64,000 nucleotides of DNA from an uncultured Acidobacteriota bacterium (GTDB lineage Bacteria; Acidobacteriota; Thermoanaerobaculia; Thermoanaerobaculales; Sulfomarinibacteraceae), in contig CAWGLT010000014.1 of assembly GCA_963823445.1 (NCBI GenBank), forward strand, positions 199,472 through 263,471, written 5' to 3'. This document shows positions 14,140-25,580 of this stretch, piece after piece. Within the stretch, counting starts at the first letter, position 1; each line of letters starts with the position of its first letter. Under the pieces are notes generated by a model. The model was not told the origin of the DNA and made no database searches. It saw nothing but the letters and a program-made list of their open reading frames with translations. The position numbers and the translations under genes were made by a program.

Positions 14140-14991
14140 TCATTCCCACTCGACGTTGAGGTGGTGCAGCTCTCCCGAAAAGTGCGGCCGCACCTCGCTG
14201 TCGAGAATCTCCTCGACCTCGCCGAGCCGGTGCCGTCGGGAGGCGTGCAGGAGCACGAGGTGCCGGCACGCGAAACGTTCGAGATGGGGTTGGAGATCGG
14301 CGAGGTGGGTGTGGCCGTAGCGGGTGGCCCGGTCCCGGTCGGCGGGTTTGAAGAAGGAGCACTCCACGGCCACGATCTCGGCGTTGAAGAGCTCGGGTCG
14401 GGTCTCGAGAAGACCCGGGCCCGAGTCGGCGCAGTAGGTCAGGATCTCCCTGCTCACCTCCTCGACGACCTCCTCGCCGGCGAGCCGTCGGCGGGCGATC
14501 TCGGGCTCGGGCAGGTGCGCGAAGTCGGAGCGGAGCCGCCGCTTGCGCCAGATGATCCGGGTGCCGAGGGTGGGGACCCAGTGGTCGGTGGAGAAAAAAA
14601 CCAGATCCAGATCGCGGCGGAGCTCATGGCGGGCGCCGTCGGTGGCGGGAATCACGCTGACCTGATAGGGCTCACCGCCCTCGAGGCGGGCGAAGTTGGC
14701 GAGGAGCGAGCGGATCTCCTCCGCGATGGCTTCGGGAGCGATCACCACCGCCGGCGGCATGGAGCTGAGATAGCGCTGAGAGGCCCAGTATCCGAGCCCT
14801 CCGAGATGATCGAGATGACCGTGACTGACGACGATGGTTCGCATCGGGGGCAGGGCGCGGTGGGCCCTTCCCGGATCGAGTGCGAGGTGGAGTTGCGGCA
14901 GGACAACGAGGGTGCTTTCGCCGGCGCGGGATCCACCGACCAGACGCAGATCACCCCACGAGGTCGCGAGCTGGAGCTGCTTCATCGCCAA
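14140..14991 (-). CDS. Metallo-beta-lactamase fold hydrolase (RNase Z-like)
   Basis: HxHxDH motif in VVSHGHLDHLGGL. 283 aa. Start is 4 nt downstream of the kinase stop on the same strand. Confidence 0.75.
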   Translation of the reverse strand: MAMKQLQLATSWGDLRLVGGSRAGESTLVVLPQLHLALDPGRAHRALPPMRTIVVSHGHLDHLGGLGYWASQRYLSSMPPAVVIAPEAIAEEIRSLLANFARLEGGEPYQVSVIPATDGARHELRRDLDLVFFSTDHWVPTLGTRIIWRKRRLRSDFAHLPEPEIARRRLAGEEVVEEVSREILTYCADSGPGLLETRPELFNAEIVAVECSFFKPADRDRATRYGHTHLADLQPHLERFACRHLVLLHASRRHRLGEVEEILDSEVRPHFSGELHHLNVEWE

Positions 14992-14994
14992 GGA

Positions 14995-16908
14995 TCACCG
15001 GCTGGTTCGAATGAGGGAGAACGACGCTTCGCCGGTGCTCTTCGGCTGCTCGATCTTGAGCGTCCACTCCGAGTCTTTCGGCAGGGTCTCGCTGAAGGTC
15101 TTCGTTGCGATCACTCCCCGTTTCTGGTCGGTGACGGTCACCCCGAGCGTTCGCGCTCCCGACGGCGCGAGCAGCACCCTCTTGACGATTCCGCTGCCCT
15201 CGGTCTTGAGGCCGAGAAAGCCCTTTTTCGTGTGGTCGAAGGGGATGTCGGAGAGGGTCTCGCCATCGACCGCGACGGTCACCGATCCGGCGTTGATGGG
15301 GCAGTTGAAGTAGACCGTGATTCTCGCGTTGCCGGGTGCCTGGCTCGCGACCGGGGGGGCGGCCGGGGAGAGAATCAAATCCGGTGACGAGGAACGAGCG
15401 GGAGCGGAGGTGGAACGCTGTCGGCGAGTCTGCCCCGCCCGATCCTCGGCGAGCCCGAGATAGTCTGCGGCGAGCTCGCTGAGCGGGTCGAGCTCGAGGG
15501 CCTCCTTGAAGCGACCCACGGCGGTGGCGTAGTTGCCGGCGCGGTAGGCCTGCCGTCCCTCCGCCACCAGTTCCGCCACCCGCGCCTGGGTGTTCGAGCT
15601 CGTTCTTTGAAGCTCGATTGCCGAGTCGATCTCCCGAACGAGGGCCCGCGCGGCGGGTGAGGCCGGAGCCTGGTCCAGGGCCGAATGAACCGCCCTGCGG
15701 GCGCCTTCGAGATCGCCGGCCTTTTTGGCGTCGGCGGCGGACCACAGCAGGTGCGCGGTGCGGTTGAGATTGCGGGTCGCGCCGGCCGACGGCGCGGCAA
15801 ATGGCCCTTCCGGTTTCAGCGTCGTCAGCACGCCGATGGCCGCGATCCAGATCAGGGACCACGCCGCGATGATCGTCCAGGTCCAGGTCCGCGTGACCTC
15901 CCAGGTCAACGGCTCCGGCAGCTCGAACCTCTCGCCAAGACGGGACCAGGCATCAAGCAGCGATCGCCACCCTCCCGGCCGAGCCTCCGGCATCCGCACT
16001 CGCGGGAGCCCGTCGCCCGACCGGGTGTCGAGATCCGGTGAGTGAACCGCGGTGCCGAGATCGTCCCCGGGTTCTCGGCGGACGAGGGAGCGGGCAAGGG
16101 CGGCGAGGACCGCGGCCAGCTCGGCCCCGGTCTGGAAGCGTCGGTCGGGGTCTTTGTCGAGACACTTGACGACGATGGGGTTGAAGGCCGCGGGAACGCT
16201 GTCGTCGACGAGGGAGGGGATCGGCGCCGGCGCCTCGACGATCTTGCGGGTGACGTGGTGCATGGTCTCACCCGAAAACGGTCGTTGGCCGGTCAGCAGG
16301 GTGTAGAGCACGACGCCGAGAGAAAAGAGATCCGACCTTCCGTCGATGGGCTGGGCGGTGATCTGTTCCGGCGACATGAAGCTCGGGGTGCCGATGAACT
16401 GACCATCCGTGGTCAGGTTCGACGACTCCATCCGTGCGATCCCGAAATCGGCGATCCGCGCGCTGCCGTTGCGGGTGAGGATCAGATTCCCCGGTTTGAC
16501 GTCGCGGTGGATCACTCCCATCCGGTGGGCATAGTCGAGGGCAAGGGCGACGTCAGCGACGATGCGGGCGGCTTCCGATGGGCGGAAACGGTGGCCGGAT
16601 GCCATGATCTGTTTGAGATCCCGGCCTTCGATGTACTCCATGGCGATATAGAGAACGCCGGTCGAGCGGTCCTCTCCGACATCGTGAATGGTGACGATGC
16701 CGGGGTGGTTGAGGCGACCGGCGGCCTGCGCCTCGCGGAGAAACCGTTCGCGGAACTCGTCCGCGACATCGACATCGACATCGAGCCGAAGGGTCTTGAG
16801 GGCCACCTTGCGGTTGATGAGGGGATCGCGGGCGAGGTAGACGATCCCCATGGCGCCCCGGCCGAGCGTCCTCTCAACCTCGTAGCGGCCGACGTGGGTG
16901 ACGGGCAT
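14995..16908 (-). CDS. Ser/Thr protein kinase with TM segment and TPR-like periplasmic region
   Basis: Hanks kinase motifs: GRGAMGIVYLA, VALK, HRDVKPGNLIL, DFGIA, SPEQ. Start moved to MPVTHVGRYEV, because the upstream 52 codons of the tracked ORF look non-coding. Confidence 0.85.
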   Translation of the reverse strand: MPVTHVGRYEVERTLGRGAMGIVYLARDPLINRKVALKTLRLDVDVDVADEFRERFLREAQAAGRLNHPGIVTIHDVGEDRSTGVLYIAMEYIEGRDLKQIMASGHRFRPSEAARIVADVALALDYAHRMGVIHRDVKPGNLILTRNGSARIADFGIARMESSNLTTDGQFIGTPSFMSPEQITAQPIDGRSDLFSLGVVLYTLLTGQRPFSGETMHHVTRKIVEAPAPIPSLVDDSVPAAFNPIVVKCLDKDPDRRFQTGAELAAVLAALARSLVRREPGDDLGTAVHSPDLDTRSGDGLPRVRMPEARPGGWRSLLDAWSRLGERFELPEPLTWEVTRTWTWTIIAAWSLIWIAAIGVLTTLKPEGPFAAPSAGATRNLNRTAHLLWSAADAKKAGDLEGARRAVHSALDQAPASPAARALVREIDSAIELQRTSSNTQARVAELVAEGRQAYRAGNYATAVGRFKEALELDPLSELAADYLGLAEDRAGQTRRQRSTSAPARSSSPDLILSPAAPPVASQAPGNARITVYFNCPINAGSVTVAVDGETLSDIPFDHTKKGFLGLKTEGSGIVKRVLLAPSGARTLGVTVTDQKRGVIATKTFSETLPKDSEWTLKIEQPKSTGEASFSLIRTSR

Positions 16909-17062
16909 CGATTCAATTCTATTATTGTTTTTCCTCTCGGTGACATGCCGATCTGGCGCTCCATCGGCCGAAACGACGCCCGGCGGCGGATGAAAACAAG
17001 GCCGCCGAGTGGCATGGTCCTTGCCTATTGCTCCTCGAGGCCTGCTGGCCTGCGGGGGGAAC

Positions 17063-18042
17063 ATGGAAAATCAAGAGCTCGTCAACCAGGTGGATCGTGC
17101 GGCCGCGCGCCTCGGCGAGGTGCAACGCGCCGTCTCGGAAGTGATCGTCGGCCAGGACCGTTTGGTGGAGTCGCTGCTCGCGGCGCTGATGTGCCGGGGA
17201 CACGTGCTTCTCGAAGGCGTGCCGGGTCTGGCCAAGACCCTGACGGTGCGGACCTTGGCGACGGTGGTCGGAGGGAGCTTCCAGCGGCTCCAGTTCACCC
17301 CGGATCTCCTGCCCGCCGATGTCACCGGGACCCAGGTCTTCGATCCGCGGACCTCGGAGTTCGTGCCCCACAGGGGTCCGATCTTCGCCAATCTGGTCCT
17401 CGCCGACGAGATCAACCGGGCGCCCGCCAAGGTCCAGTCCGCCCTCCTCGAGGCCATGGAGGAGCGGCAGGTCACCATCGGCGAAACCACCGATCCGCTG
17501 CCCGAGCCCTTTGTGGTCCTGGCGACGCAGAACCCCATCGAGCAGGAAGGGACCTATCCCCTGCCCGAGGCCCAGCTCGATCGCTTTCTCTTCAAGGTGG
17601 TGGTCGACTACCCATCGGCCGAGGAGGAGCGTCGGGTTCTCGAGTACCACCTCGCCGAGTCTTTTCCGAAACCCAGGCGGGTGACCGATCTCGACACCTT
17701 GATGGAGCTCGAGGCGATCGTCCGTCAGGTCTATCTCGACGAACGGATTCGCAGCTATATCGTCAATCTCGTCGCCGCCACCCGCAAACCTGCCGAGGTC
17801 GGTCTCGGCGACCTCGTGCCCCTCATCGGTTTCGGCGCCTCGCCCCGCGCCTCCATCGCCCTCGCCCTCGGCACGCGTGCCTTCGCCCTGGTGCGCGGCC
17901 GCTCCTACGTGACCCCGGAAGACGTCAAGGAGCTCGCCCCCATGGTGCTTCGTCACCGCATCGTCCTCACCTACGAGGCCGAGGCCGAGGGGGTGACGGT
18001 GGAAGAGGTGGTGGACCGGATGCTGCTGGCGGTGGAGGTCCC

Positions 18043-18046
<4 letters not shown>
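17063..18046 (+). CDS. MoxR-family AAA+ ATPase
   Basis: Walker A-like LLEGVPGLAKT, Walker B LADEINRA, and the typical MoxR C-terminus GASPRASIAL. Start taken at MENQELVNQV. Confidence 0.9.
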
Positions 18047-18916
<870 letters not shown>

Positions 18917-18927
<11 letters not shown>

Positions 18928-19864
18928 TCGCATTTTCCGTTTCCTGCTCGTCGGGCTGGTCGCCTTCTCGGCCCTGGCTGCGGCGGCCGAGGACCCGTCC
19001 CTGGAGCTCGAGGTCTCGCAGCCGTCGGTTCGGGTGGGCGACCGGGTCGAGGTTCTCGCCTCCGCCCGCGGCGGCGACGGTTGGCTGTGGGGCGAGTTGA
19101 CCGTGGCCCTGGTTCCGGAGGGCGACTGGGCCCTCATCGACGGACCGACCCCCGTCGCCGGCGCCCGGCCTCCGGCGTGGCGGCTCATCCTGGCGCCCCT
19201 CGCCCTCGGCGAGCAGACCCTGCCGTCCATCACGGTGTCGGTGCGGTCGGCCGATGACGACACCGTCGAGGTCGAGTGCGGCGATCCGCCGGCGGTCTCG
19301 GTGGTCTCGGTACTCGGCGCCGAGGAGGAGGAACCTGCGCCGGCGCCGCTGCGCGACCCCATCGGGGTGCGCGGCTTCCCCTGGGAGTGGGTGCTGCCCA
19401 TCGTGGGCGGATTGCTGCCGCTGGTTGCCGGCGCCGCCTGGTTGGTGCGGCGGCGCGGGCGTTCTGCGCCGGCCGGGCGACCGCTGCTCCCACCCCTGGC
19501 CGAGCTCGAGACCCTGGCCCACGAGCTCGAAACCCGGGTCGGGCGGGAGCCGGCGGATGGCATCTGTGACCGACTCGCCAGCGGTCTTCGGCACTATCTC
19601 GAACGACGTACCGGCGAGCCCGCCGGCGAGATGACCTCGTTCGAGCTGCGGTTGCTCGCCCGCGATCGGGGATGGCCGGAGAATTCCCGTCGTCTCGTCC
19701 AGAGGGTGATGGGGGTGGCGGACGCCATCCGATTCGGCCGGCGCCCGTCCACCGACGAGGAGCTTCACGGTGCGATCGCCCATGCCCTCGAAGCCGCCGG
19801 GTCGATCGAGGCGCACCTCGATGAGGCGAACCGGGCGCCGGCCGCTGCGGAGGCCGGCTCATGA
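18917..19864 (+). CDS. DUF4381-like membrane protein of the Bat-type operon
   Basis: N-terminal signal and central TM (WEWVLPIVGGLLPLVAGAAWLVRRR) followed by a helical tail. Position between the DUF58 and BatA genes is typical. Family call is from architecture only. Confidence 0.55.
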
Positions 19865-20859
19865 TGCGGATTGCTTCGCCCTGGTGGCTCGGACTCATCG
19901 CCGTCGCGGTCGTGCTCGTGGCGCTGTGGCTGCTGCGCCGGCGCTGGCAGCGGTTTCCGTTCCCCGATGTCGCCGTCGCCCTCGGACGCAGCGGTCGGAT
20001 TCCGGAGCGGACCGTGATGGCCGGAGTGCTCGCGGCGCTCGCGTTGGCGCCGCTTGCGGTGGCCCTCGCGCGGCCCCAGGAGGTGCTGTCGCGGCGGCTC
20101 GAGCGCGCCGAGGGCGTGGATCTCGTGGTCGCACTGGATGTCTCCGGATCCATGTCCGCCCTCGATTTCGAACCCACCGATCGCCTCGGGGTCGCCAAGG
20201 AGGTCATCGGACAGTTTCTCGACGGCAGGGCCAACGACCGATTCGCCCTCGTCGTCTTTGCCGGCGCCGCAGTGACCCTGGTTCCCCTGACCCTCGATCA
20301 CGAGGTCGCCCGGCACCTGCTCGACGAAGTGCGGATGGGAAGCCTGCCCGATGGAACCGCCATCGGGCTCGGGCTCGGGACGGCGGTGGCGCGTCTCAGG
20401 CACTCGGAGGCCGATTCCAAGGTGGTGATCCTCGTCACCGACGGGTCCAACAACACCGGCCAGCTCGATCCCGTCAACGCCGCGGAGATGGCTGCGGAGC
20501 TCGGCATCACGGTCCACACCGTGCTGGTCGGTCGCAACGGGATGGTCCCGGTTCCGGTTCCGGTTCGCGATCCGCGAACCGGCAGGGTGAGCCAACAGGT
20601 GCGGCAGATGGAGATGGAGATCAACCCGGAGCTCCTGGCCGAGCTCGCCCGGATCACCGGTGGAAGCTCCTTCCGAGCTCGTGATTCAAAGGCCCTCGAA
20701 GAGGTTTTCGAGGCCATCGACGGGCTCGAGAAGACCGAGTTCACCTCGACCAAACTGGTGCGGTATCGCGAGCGCTTCGAACCGTGGGCGATGGCCGCCC
20801 TGGTGATGCTCCTCCTCGGGACCTCCCTCGAGGCCCTGACCGGGAAGACCCCATGGTGA
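19861..20859 (+). CDS. vWA domain membrane protein, BatA-like
   Basis: Two N-terminal TM helices, MIDAS DLVVALDVSGSMSALDF, and VVILVTDGSNNTG. Confidence 0.85.
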   Translation: MMRIASPWWLGLIAVAVVLVALWLLRRRWQRFPFPDVAVALGRSGRIPERTVMAGVLAALALAPLAVALARPQEVLSRRLERAEGVDLVVALDVSGSMSALDFEPTDRLGVAKEVIGQFLDGRANDRFALVVFAGAAVTLVPLTLDHEVARHLLDEVRMGSLPDGTAIGLGLGTAVARLRHSEADSKVVILVTDGSNNTGQLDPVNAAEMAAELGITVHTVLVGRNGMVPVPVPVRDPRTGRVSQQVRQMEMEINPELLAELARITGGSSFRARDSKALEEVFEAIDGLEKTEFTSTKLVRYRERFEPWAMAALVMLLLGTSLEALTGKTPW

Positions 20860-22625
20860 GCTTTGGCGAGTTCCGGATGCTCGGGCTGCTGGTGCTGCCG
20901 GCGGTGGTCGGCGCGGCGGTCATCGGCCGCCACCTGACCCGGGTGCGGCTGCAACGCGGTCTCGCCTCGCCGGCGGTGTGGGACCGGGTCATGGGCGGAT
21001 TGCCGGCCACCGGCTTGCTGCGGATGCTGCTGTGGTGCGGCGCCGCAGCCATGATCGTCATCGCCCTGGCGCGGCCCCAGTGGGGCGAGCTTCCGGCGGA
21101 CGAGAGCGTCCGCACCCGTGATCTCGTCCTCGCCCTCGATGTGTCGGCCTCGATGCTGGCGACCGATGTGCCGCCGTCGCGGATGGCGCGGAGCATCGAA
21201 GCCGCGCAGAGACTGCTGCCGCTGCTCGAGGGCAACAGAGTCGGGGTCGTGGTTTTCTCCGGCGAGGCGTATCCGCTCGTCCCCCTGACCACCGATCTCG
21301 ACGCGGTCGCGGTATTCCTCTCGGGCATCTATCCCGGCATGGTGTCGAGACCGGGTTCCGACATCGAGCGGGCGGTGGCGGCCGCGCTCGAGCTGCTGCC
21401 TCCCGAAGGGGAGGGCAGGGTGGTGGTCCTGGTGACCGATGGCGAAAACCTGCAGGGCAATGTCGACGCCGCCGTGACGGCGATCAAGCAGTCGGGGGTC
21501 GGCGCTCTCACCGTGGTGGCCGGCACCGAGCGGGGCGGCCCGATCCCGGTCGAGGGTCCCGACGGCGCCATCCACCACAAACGCGACCAGAACGGTCAAC
21601 CGGTGATCACCCGCGCCCACCCTGAGGTGCTCGCCGCCATCGCCGGCGCGGTCGACGGCGCTTCCGTCGAGCTCGCCGATCGCGATGTCGTCGGTCAATT
21701 GGCCCGGATCGTCGACACGCTCCGCACCCGGGAGGCGGAGGCCAACCGAACCGTGCAGAGGGTCGAGCAGTTCCCGCTCTTTCTCATGCTCTCTGCCGGG
21801 TTCCTGGTGGGCGGCTTCCTGCTCTCGCCGTGGCGGCGGCTCGCGGCTCCGACGGCCATGATCGGTCTGCTGTTCGCCGCTCCCGCCGGGGCGCAGCAGG
21901 GTCCCCAGACCGCTTCGGTTCCGCAGCCCCAGGCGCCCCCCGTGACTGCTCCGCCCGCGACCGCGGCGGACGAGCCCGCGCCGGTCGTCGAACCGCCGTC
22001 CTGGCAGAGGGTCGTCCCCGGCGGCTCTCGGCGAATGGCTCGCCAAGGGGTCGCGCGCTGGCTCGATGGGGAGGTCGAAGACGCAGCCGTGTCCTTCGCC
22101 GGTGCGGCGATCCTCGATCCCGAGAATCCCGAGAGGCTCTATGACCTGGGCACCGCGCTCGGCGCCGGCGGCCAGCTCGAAGCGGCGATTCCGATCCTCG
22201 AGCAGGCTCACGCCGGCGGGGTTCCGAACGCCGCCTACAACTCGGGCACGTCGTCGTTGCAGTACCAGCAGGCCGAGGCCGCGGTGAAGTGGCTGCGGGA
22301 GGCGGTGCTTCTCGATCCCGACGATCTCGAGGCCAAGCGCAACTACGAGCTCGCCCTCGCCATGCTCGAAGAGCAGCAACAGCAGGAGCAGGAAGACCAG
22401 AACCAGGAGCAGGAGAACGAGGACGAGGAAGAAGAAAAGGAGCAGGAGCAGGAGCAAGAGCAGGAGCCAGAGCAGGAGCAGCAGAACCAGGAGCAGCCGG
22501 CCCCGACACCGACTCCCTCCGACAGTGAGGCCCTCTTCCAGGCCCTCGAGCGTGCCGAAGCCGAGGCCCGCGAGGCCATGCAATCTCCGACTCCGCAGGC
22601 GACGACCGTGGAGAAGGACTGGTGA
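20853..22625 (+). CDS. vWA plus TPR protein, BatB/BatC-like fusion with an acidic Glu/Gln-rich tail
   Basis: MIDAS DLVLALDVSASM and VVVLVTDGENLQG. TPR-like AAYNSGTSSLQYQQAEAAVKWLREAVLLDPDD. Low-complexity EEQQQQEQEDQNQEQENEDEEEEKEQEQEQEQEPEQEQQNQEQ is encoded at ~22370-22500. ATGGTGA overlap with the BatA-like gene. Confidence 0.8.
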   Translation: MVSFGEFRMLGLLVLPAVVGAAVIGRHLTRVRLQRGLASPAVWDRVMGGLPATGLLRMLLWCGAAAMIVIALARPQWGELPADESVRTRDLVLALDVSASMLATDVPPSRMARSIEAAQRLLPLLEGNRVGVVVFSGEAYPLVPLTTDLDAVAVFLSGIYPGMVSRPGSDIERAVAAALELLPPEGEGRVVVLVTDGENLQGNVDAAVTAIKQSGVGALTVVAGTERGGPIPVEGPDGAIHHKRDQNGQPVITRAHPEVLAAIAGAVDGASVELADRDVVGQLARIVDTLRTREAEANRTVQRVEQFPLFLMLSAGFLVGGFLLSPWRRLAAPTAMIGLLFAAPAGAQQGPQTASVPQPQAPPVTAPPATAADEPAPVVEPPSWQRVVPGGSRRMARQGVARWLDGEVEDAAVSFAGAAILDPENPERLYDLGTALGAGGQLEAAIPILEQAHAGGVPNAAYNSGTSSLQYQQAEAAVKWLREAVLLDPDDLEAKRNYELALAMLEEQQQQEQEDQNQEQENEDEEEEKEQEQEQEQEPEQEQQNQEQPAPTPTPSDSEALFQALERAEAEAREAMQSPTPQATTVEKDW

Positions 22626-24289
22626 CGAGTCGCTTTCGGTTGGTCCTCGGCCTCGTGGCGGCGGGGGTTCTGGCGATCGCGGCGGCGCCCGCGGCTGCCT
22701 CCGAACCCGGACTCGAGGTCCATCTCCAACCCACGAGGTTCGGCGTCGATGATCTCGCGCAGCTGACGATTCGAGTCACCGAGCCGCCGCAGGACCTCCA
22801 GGTCCCACAGCTCGGCGAGCTCGACAATCTCGAGGTCGTCGGCGGCCCATCCACCGGATCCGAGTTCAGTTTCGTCAACGGCGTGGCGTCGCGTTCCCAG
22901 ACCTTCACCTTCGTCCTGCGCGCCCGCCAGCCGGGGCGGGCCTCGGTGGGACCCGTGACCGTGCGTGCCGGAAACAAGGAGTTGCGGGCGAATCCGGTCA
23001 CCGCCGAGGTCGTCGAGGGAAGCGTCGCCCCGGCTCCGAGCCGCGGCAGGAGATCACCCTTCACGAATGATCCTTTTGCCGACCTCATCCCGCGTCGGGC
23101 GCCGCCGCGGATCGAAGTCGCGCTCCGCCACGACCTCAGTGCGCTGAACGTGGCCGTCGGTCAACCGCTCGTCGCCACGGTCTTTCTCGACTCGACGGTG
23201 AGTTCGGTCTATGACTTCAACTGGCGAACGGCGCCGTCCTACCCGGGCTTCTGGGCCCAGCGTCTCGACAACCCCGAACAGGTCACCCCCGAGGTCGTCG
23301 AGATCGACGGGACGAGGTTCTATCGCTACCGGGTGCTGCAGTCGGTGCTGGTCCCCCTCAAGAGCGGGTCGGCCGAGATCCCGGCGGTGGAGGCGGCGAT
23401 CGGGGTGCGGTCATCGGGGTTCTTTGATTCCGGCCAGATCATCGAACGCTCGACGCCGGTACGCACCATCGAGGTGGCGGCGCGACCGCCGGCGCCGGAT
23501 GGATACTCCGGCGCGGTCGGTGATCTTCGCTACAGCGCGAGCCTCGAGCCGGCCGAGATCGAGTACGGCCAGTCGGCCGTCATGACCGTCAGACTCGAGG
23601 GTCGCGGCAATCTCCCGCTCGTGGAAGCGCCGGCCCGATTCCCCAGCAACAGCGATTGCGAGATCTATCCGCCGGAAGAGGGTTCTCGATTCAAGGTCGA
23701 CGGCAGCGGCATCCACGGCTCGAGAACCTGGCAGATGACGGTGGTGCCGCGGGGTTTCGGTACCATCGAACTTGCAGGTGTCGATCTGTCGGTCTTCGAC
23801 CCCGCGACGAGCCGCTACGCCACCCAGACCATCGGCCCCTTGACCCTCACGGTCGGAGCGCCGCCGCCGACGCCGACCCCCGTCGTCACTCCGGTTCCGG
23901 TGGACGACCGCAGGGACGGATCCGGCGTGCCTGAAGGACCGGATGCGGTTGCGGGATGGCCATCGTGGTTGTGGATCGTCGGTGCGCTCGTTCTCGGTGT
24001 CGGGGCGGGGGCGTTGGCGACCTGGGCGATGACTCGACGGGCGCGGATCGCGCTGCCCCCGCGGCGGTCGGACCAGACCCCGGCCGACCGGGCGCGCGAA
24101 CTCCAGATCGCCCTCGAACGCTGGTGGCTCGATGTCAGATCGACCAGCGGCGGCGAGGCGATGGTCGATGAGATGCAGGAGCTTCGCCGCGACCTCGAAA
24201 CCGTTCGTTTTGCTCCGGGCCGAGCGGACCATTCGCACACCGTCGAGGATCTCGAGTCGCGACTCAAGCGCCTCATGCGAAAGGCCTGA
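22622..24289 (+). CDS. BatD-like (oxygen-tolerance family) protein
   Basis: Signal peptide, long beta-rich ectodomain and C-terminal TM (WLWIVGALVLGVGAGALATWAM). GTG start overlaps the upstream stop. The label comes from position and architecture. Confidence 0.6.
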   Translation: MTSRFRLVLGLVAAGVLAIAAAPAAASEPGLEVHLQPTRFGVDDLAQLTIRVTEPPQDLQVPQLGELDNLEVVGGPSTGSEFSFVNGVASRSQTFTFVLRARQPGRASVGPVTVRAGNKELRANPVTAEVVEGSVAPAPSRGRRSPFTNDPFADLIPRRAPPRIEVALRHDLSALNVAVGQPLVATVFLDSTVSSVYDFNWRTAPSYPGFWAQRLDNPEQVTPEVVEIDGTRFYRYRVLQSVLVPLKSGSAEIPAVEAAIGVRSSGFFDSGQIIERSTPVRTIEVAARPPAPDGYSGAVGDLRYSASLEPAEIEYGQSAVMTVRLEGRGNLPLVEAPARFPSNSDCEIYPPEEGSRFKVDGSGIHGSRTWQMTVVPRGFGTIELAGVDLSVFDPATSRYATQTIGPLTLTVGAPPPTPTPVVTPVPVDDRRDGSGVPEGPDAVAGWPSWLWIVGALVLGVGAGALATWAMTRRARIALPPRRSDQTPADRARELQIALERWWLDVRSTSGGEAMVDEMQELRRDLETVRFAPGRADHSHTVEDLESRLKRLMRKA

Positions 24290-24343
24290 CGCCGAGTCGG
24301 GTCAACGGTGAGAATATGTCGGTTCTGGTGATACACTTGGAGG

Positions 24344-25456
24344 ATGCAGTCTCCGCGGGTCTATAGTCTTCCAATAGAAGATCTTGAGCCGTTTCTCGAT
24401 CGCCGCAGGTACTCGGCCTTCGCGGTGTCGCAGTTGGCCGTGACGTCATTTCTCGGCGAGATCCTCTCCAAGGCCAACGATTTCGTGCCGTCGAGTTCGG
24501 GATCGATCCTCATGGACCGGCCGTTCGAGCGGGGCTCGACCCCGGCGGATACCTCGCTTTACTTCGTCGCAACCTTCGGTTCTTCGGCGCAGGCCATCCT
24601 CGGCCGGAACCTCAGGGCCGACCGGGGTGTCGCGGGTTATGTCTATCGCACCGGCGAACCCTATGTCATGAACGATCCGAAGAACGACCCCACCTTCTAC
24701 TCCAAGTTCGACGAAGGCACCGATTTCACGACGTCGTGCGCGATCGCTGTTCCGGTGAGAATCGAGCGAACGGTGTGCGGTGTGCTCGAGCTGGTCAACC
24801 GGGTCGGCGAGGGGGGCTACTCCGAGCGCGATCTGCAGATGCTCGAGATCTTCGCTCGTTACACCTCGGTGTCCATCGAAAACCTGCTCGACGCGCAGCG
24901 GGCCAACGAGATGGCGCGCCGCGACGATCTGACGGGTCTGTACAACGACCGGTTCTTCCACCACCGCTTGACCGAAGAGCTCGTCCGCTCGGATGTCACC
25001 GGTAAAACGGTCGCCCTGCTTTTTCTCGATCTCGACAACTTCAAGGCGGTCAACGACAATCACGGCCATCTCGCGGGATCGCAGGTGCTCAAGGAGTTCG
25101 GCTATCTCCTCAAACAGACGATCGACGCCGAGCGCGCGACCCTCGCCCGGTATGGCGGAGACGAGTTCGTCGTGATTCTGCCCGAGCTCGATCTCGAGCA
25201 GGCAAAGGCGGTCGCCGCCGATGTCCAGACCGCGTTGGTGACGACCCAGTTCCTTCAGGGGAGCTTCTCGTGGTCCGACGGCCCGGTGTACTGGCGGGAG
25301 CCTTTGACCTGTTCCATCGGGGTTGCGGTCTATCCCGTCCACCTGCCCCGCCAGGGAACCACGGACATGAAAAAGAACCTCCTGCTGCGGGCCGCCGATC
25401 TTGCCATGTACGACGCCAAGGCGGCCGGCAAGGACCAGATCCACATCGCCGAATAG
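24344..25456 (+). CDS. GAF domain diguanylate cyclase (GGDEF)
   Basis: GAF-like GVAGYVYRTGEPYVMND. GGDEF domain with DDLTGLYNDRFF and active-site RYGGDEFVVILP. Confidence 0.85.
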   Translation: MQSPRVYSLPIEDLEPFLDRRRYSAFAVSQLAVTSFLGEILSKANDFVPSSSGSILMDRPFERGSTPADTSLYFVATFGSSAQAILGRNLRADRGVAGYVYRTGEPYVMNDPKNDPTFYSKFDEGTDFTTSCAIAVPVRIERTVCGVLELVNRVGEGGYSERDLQMLEIFARYTSVSIENLLDAQRANEMARRDDLTGLYNDRFFHHRLTEELVRSDVTGKTVALLFLDLDNFKAVNDNHGHLAGSQVLKEFGYLLKQTIDAERATLARYGGDEFVVILPELDLEQAKAVAADVQTALVTTQFLQGSFSWSDGPVYWREPLTCSIGVAVYPVHLPRQGTTDMKKNLLLRAADLAMYDAKAAGKDQIHIAE

Positions 25457-25580
25457 TCGTTCGTGCCGATTTGGCAGATCGCGCCCCGGGTACAAACGGG
25501 AACTTTGGCACGGTGATTGCTGTTACCAGGGACAAGACCGCCTCGCCTTCGACGGCGGTCCGAAAATTCCGGGAGGAACT

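Noticed and set aside
22370-22500. GAG/CAG-rich repetitive DNA as an independent repeat element.
   Set aside because: It is in frame within the BatB/C-like CDS and encodes an acidic E/Q low-complexity tail. No evidence of a separate feature.
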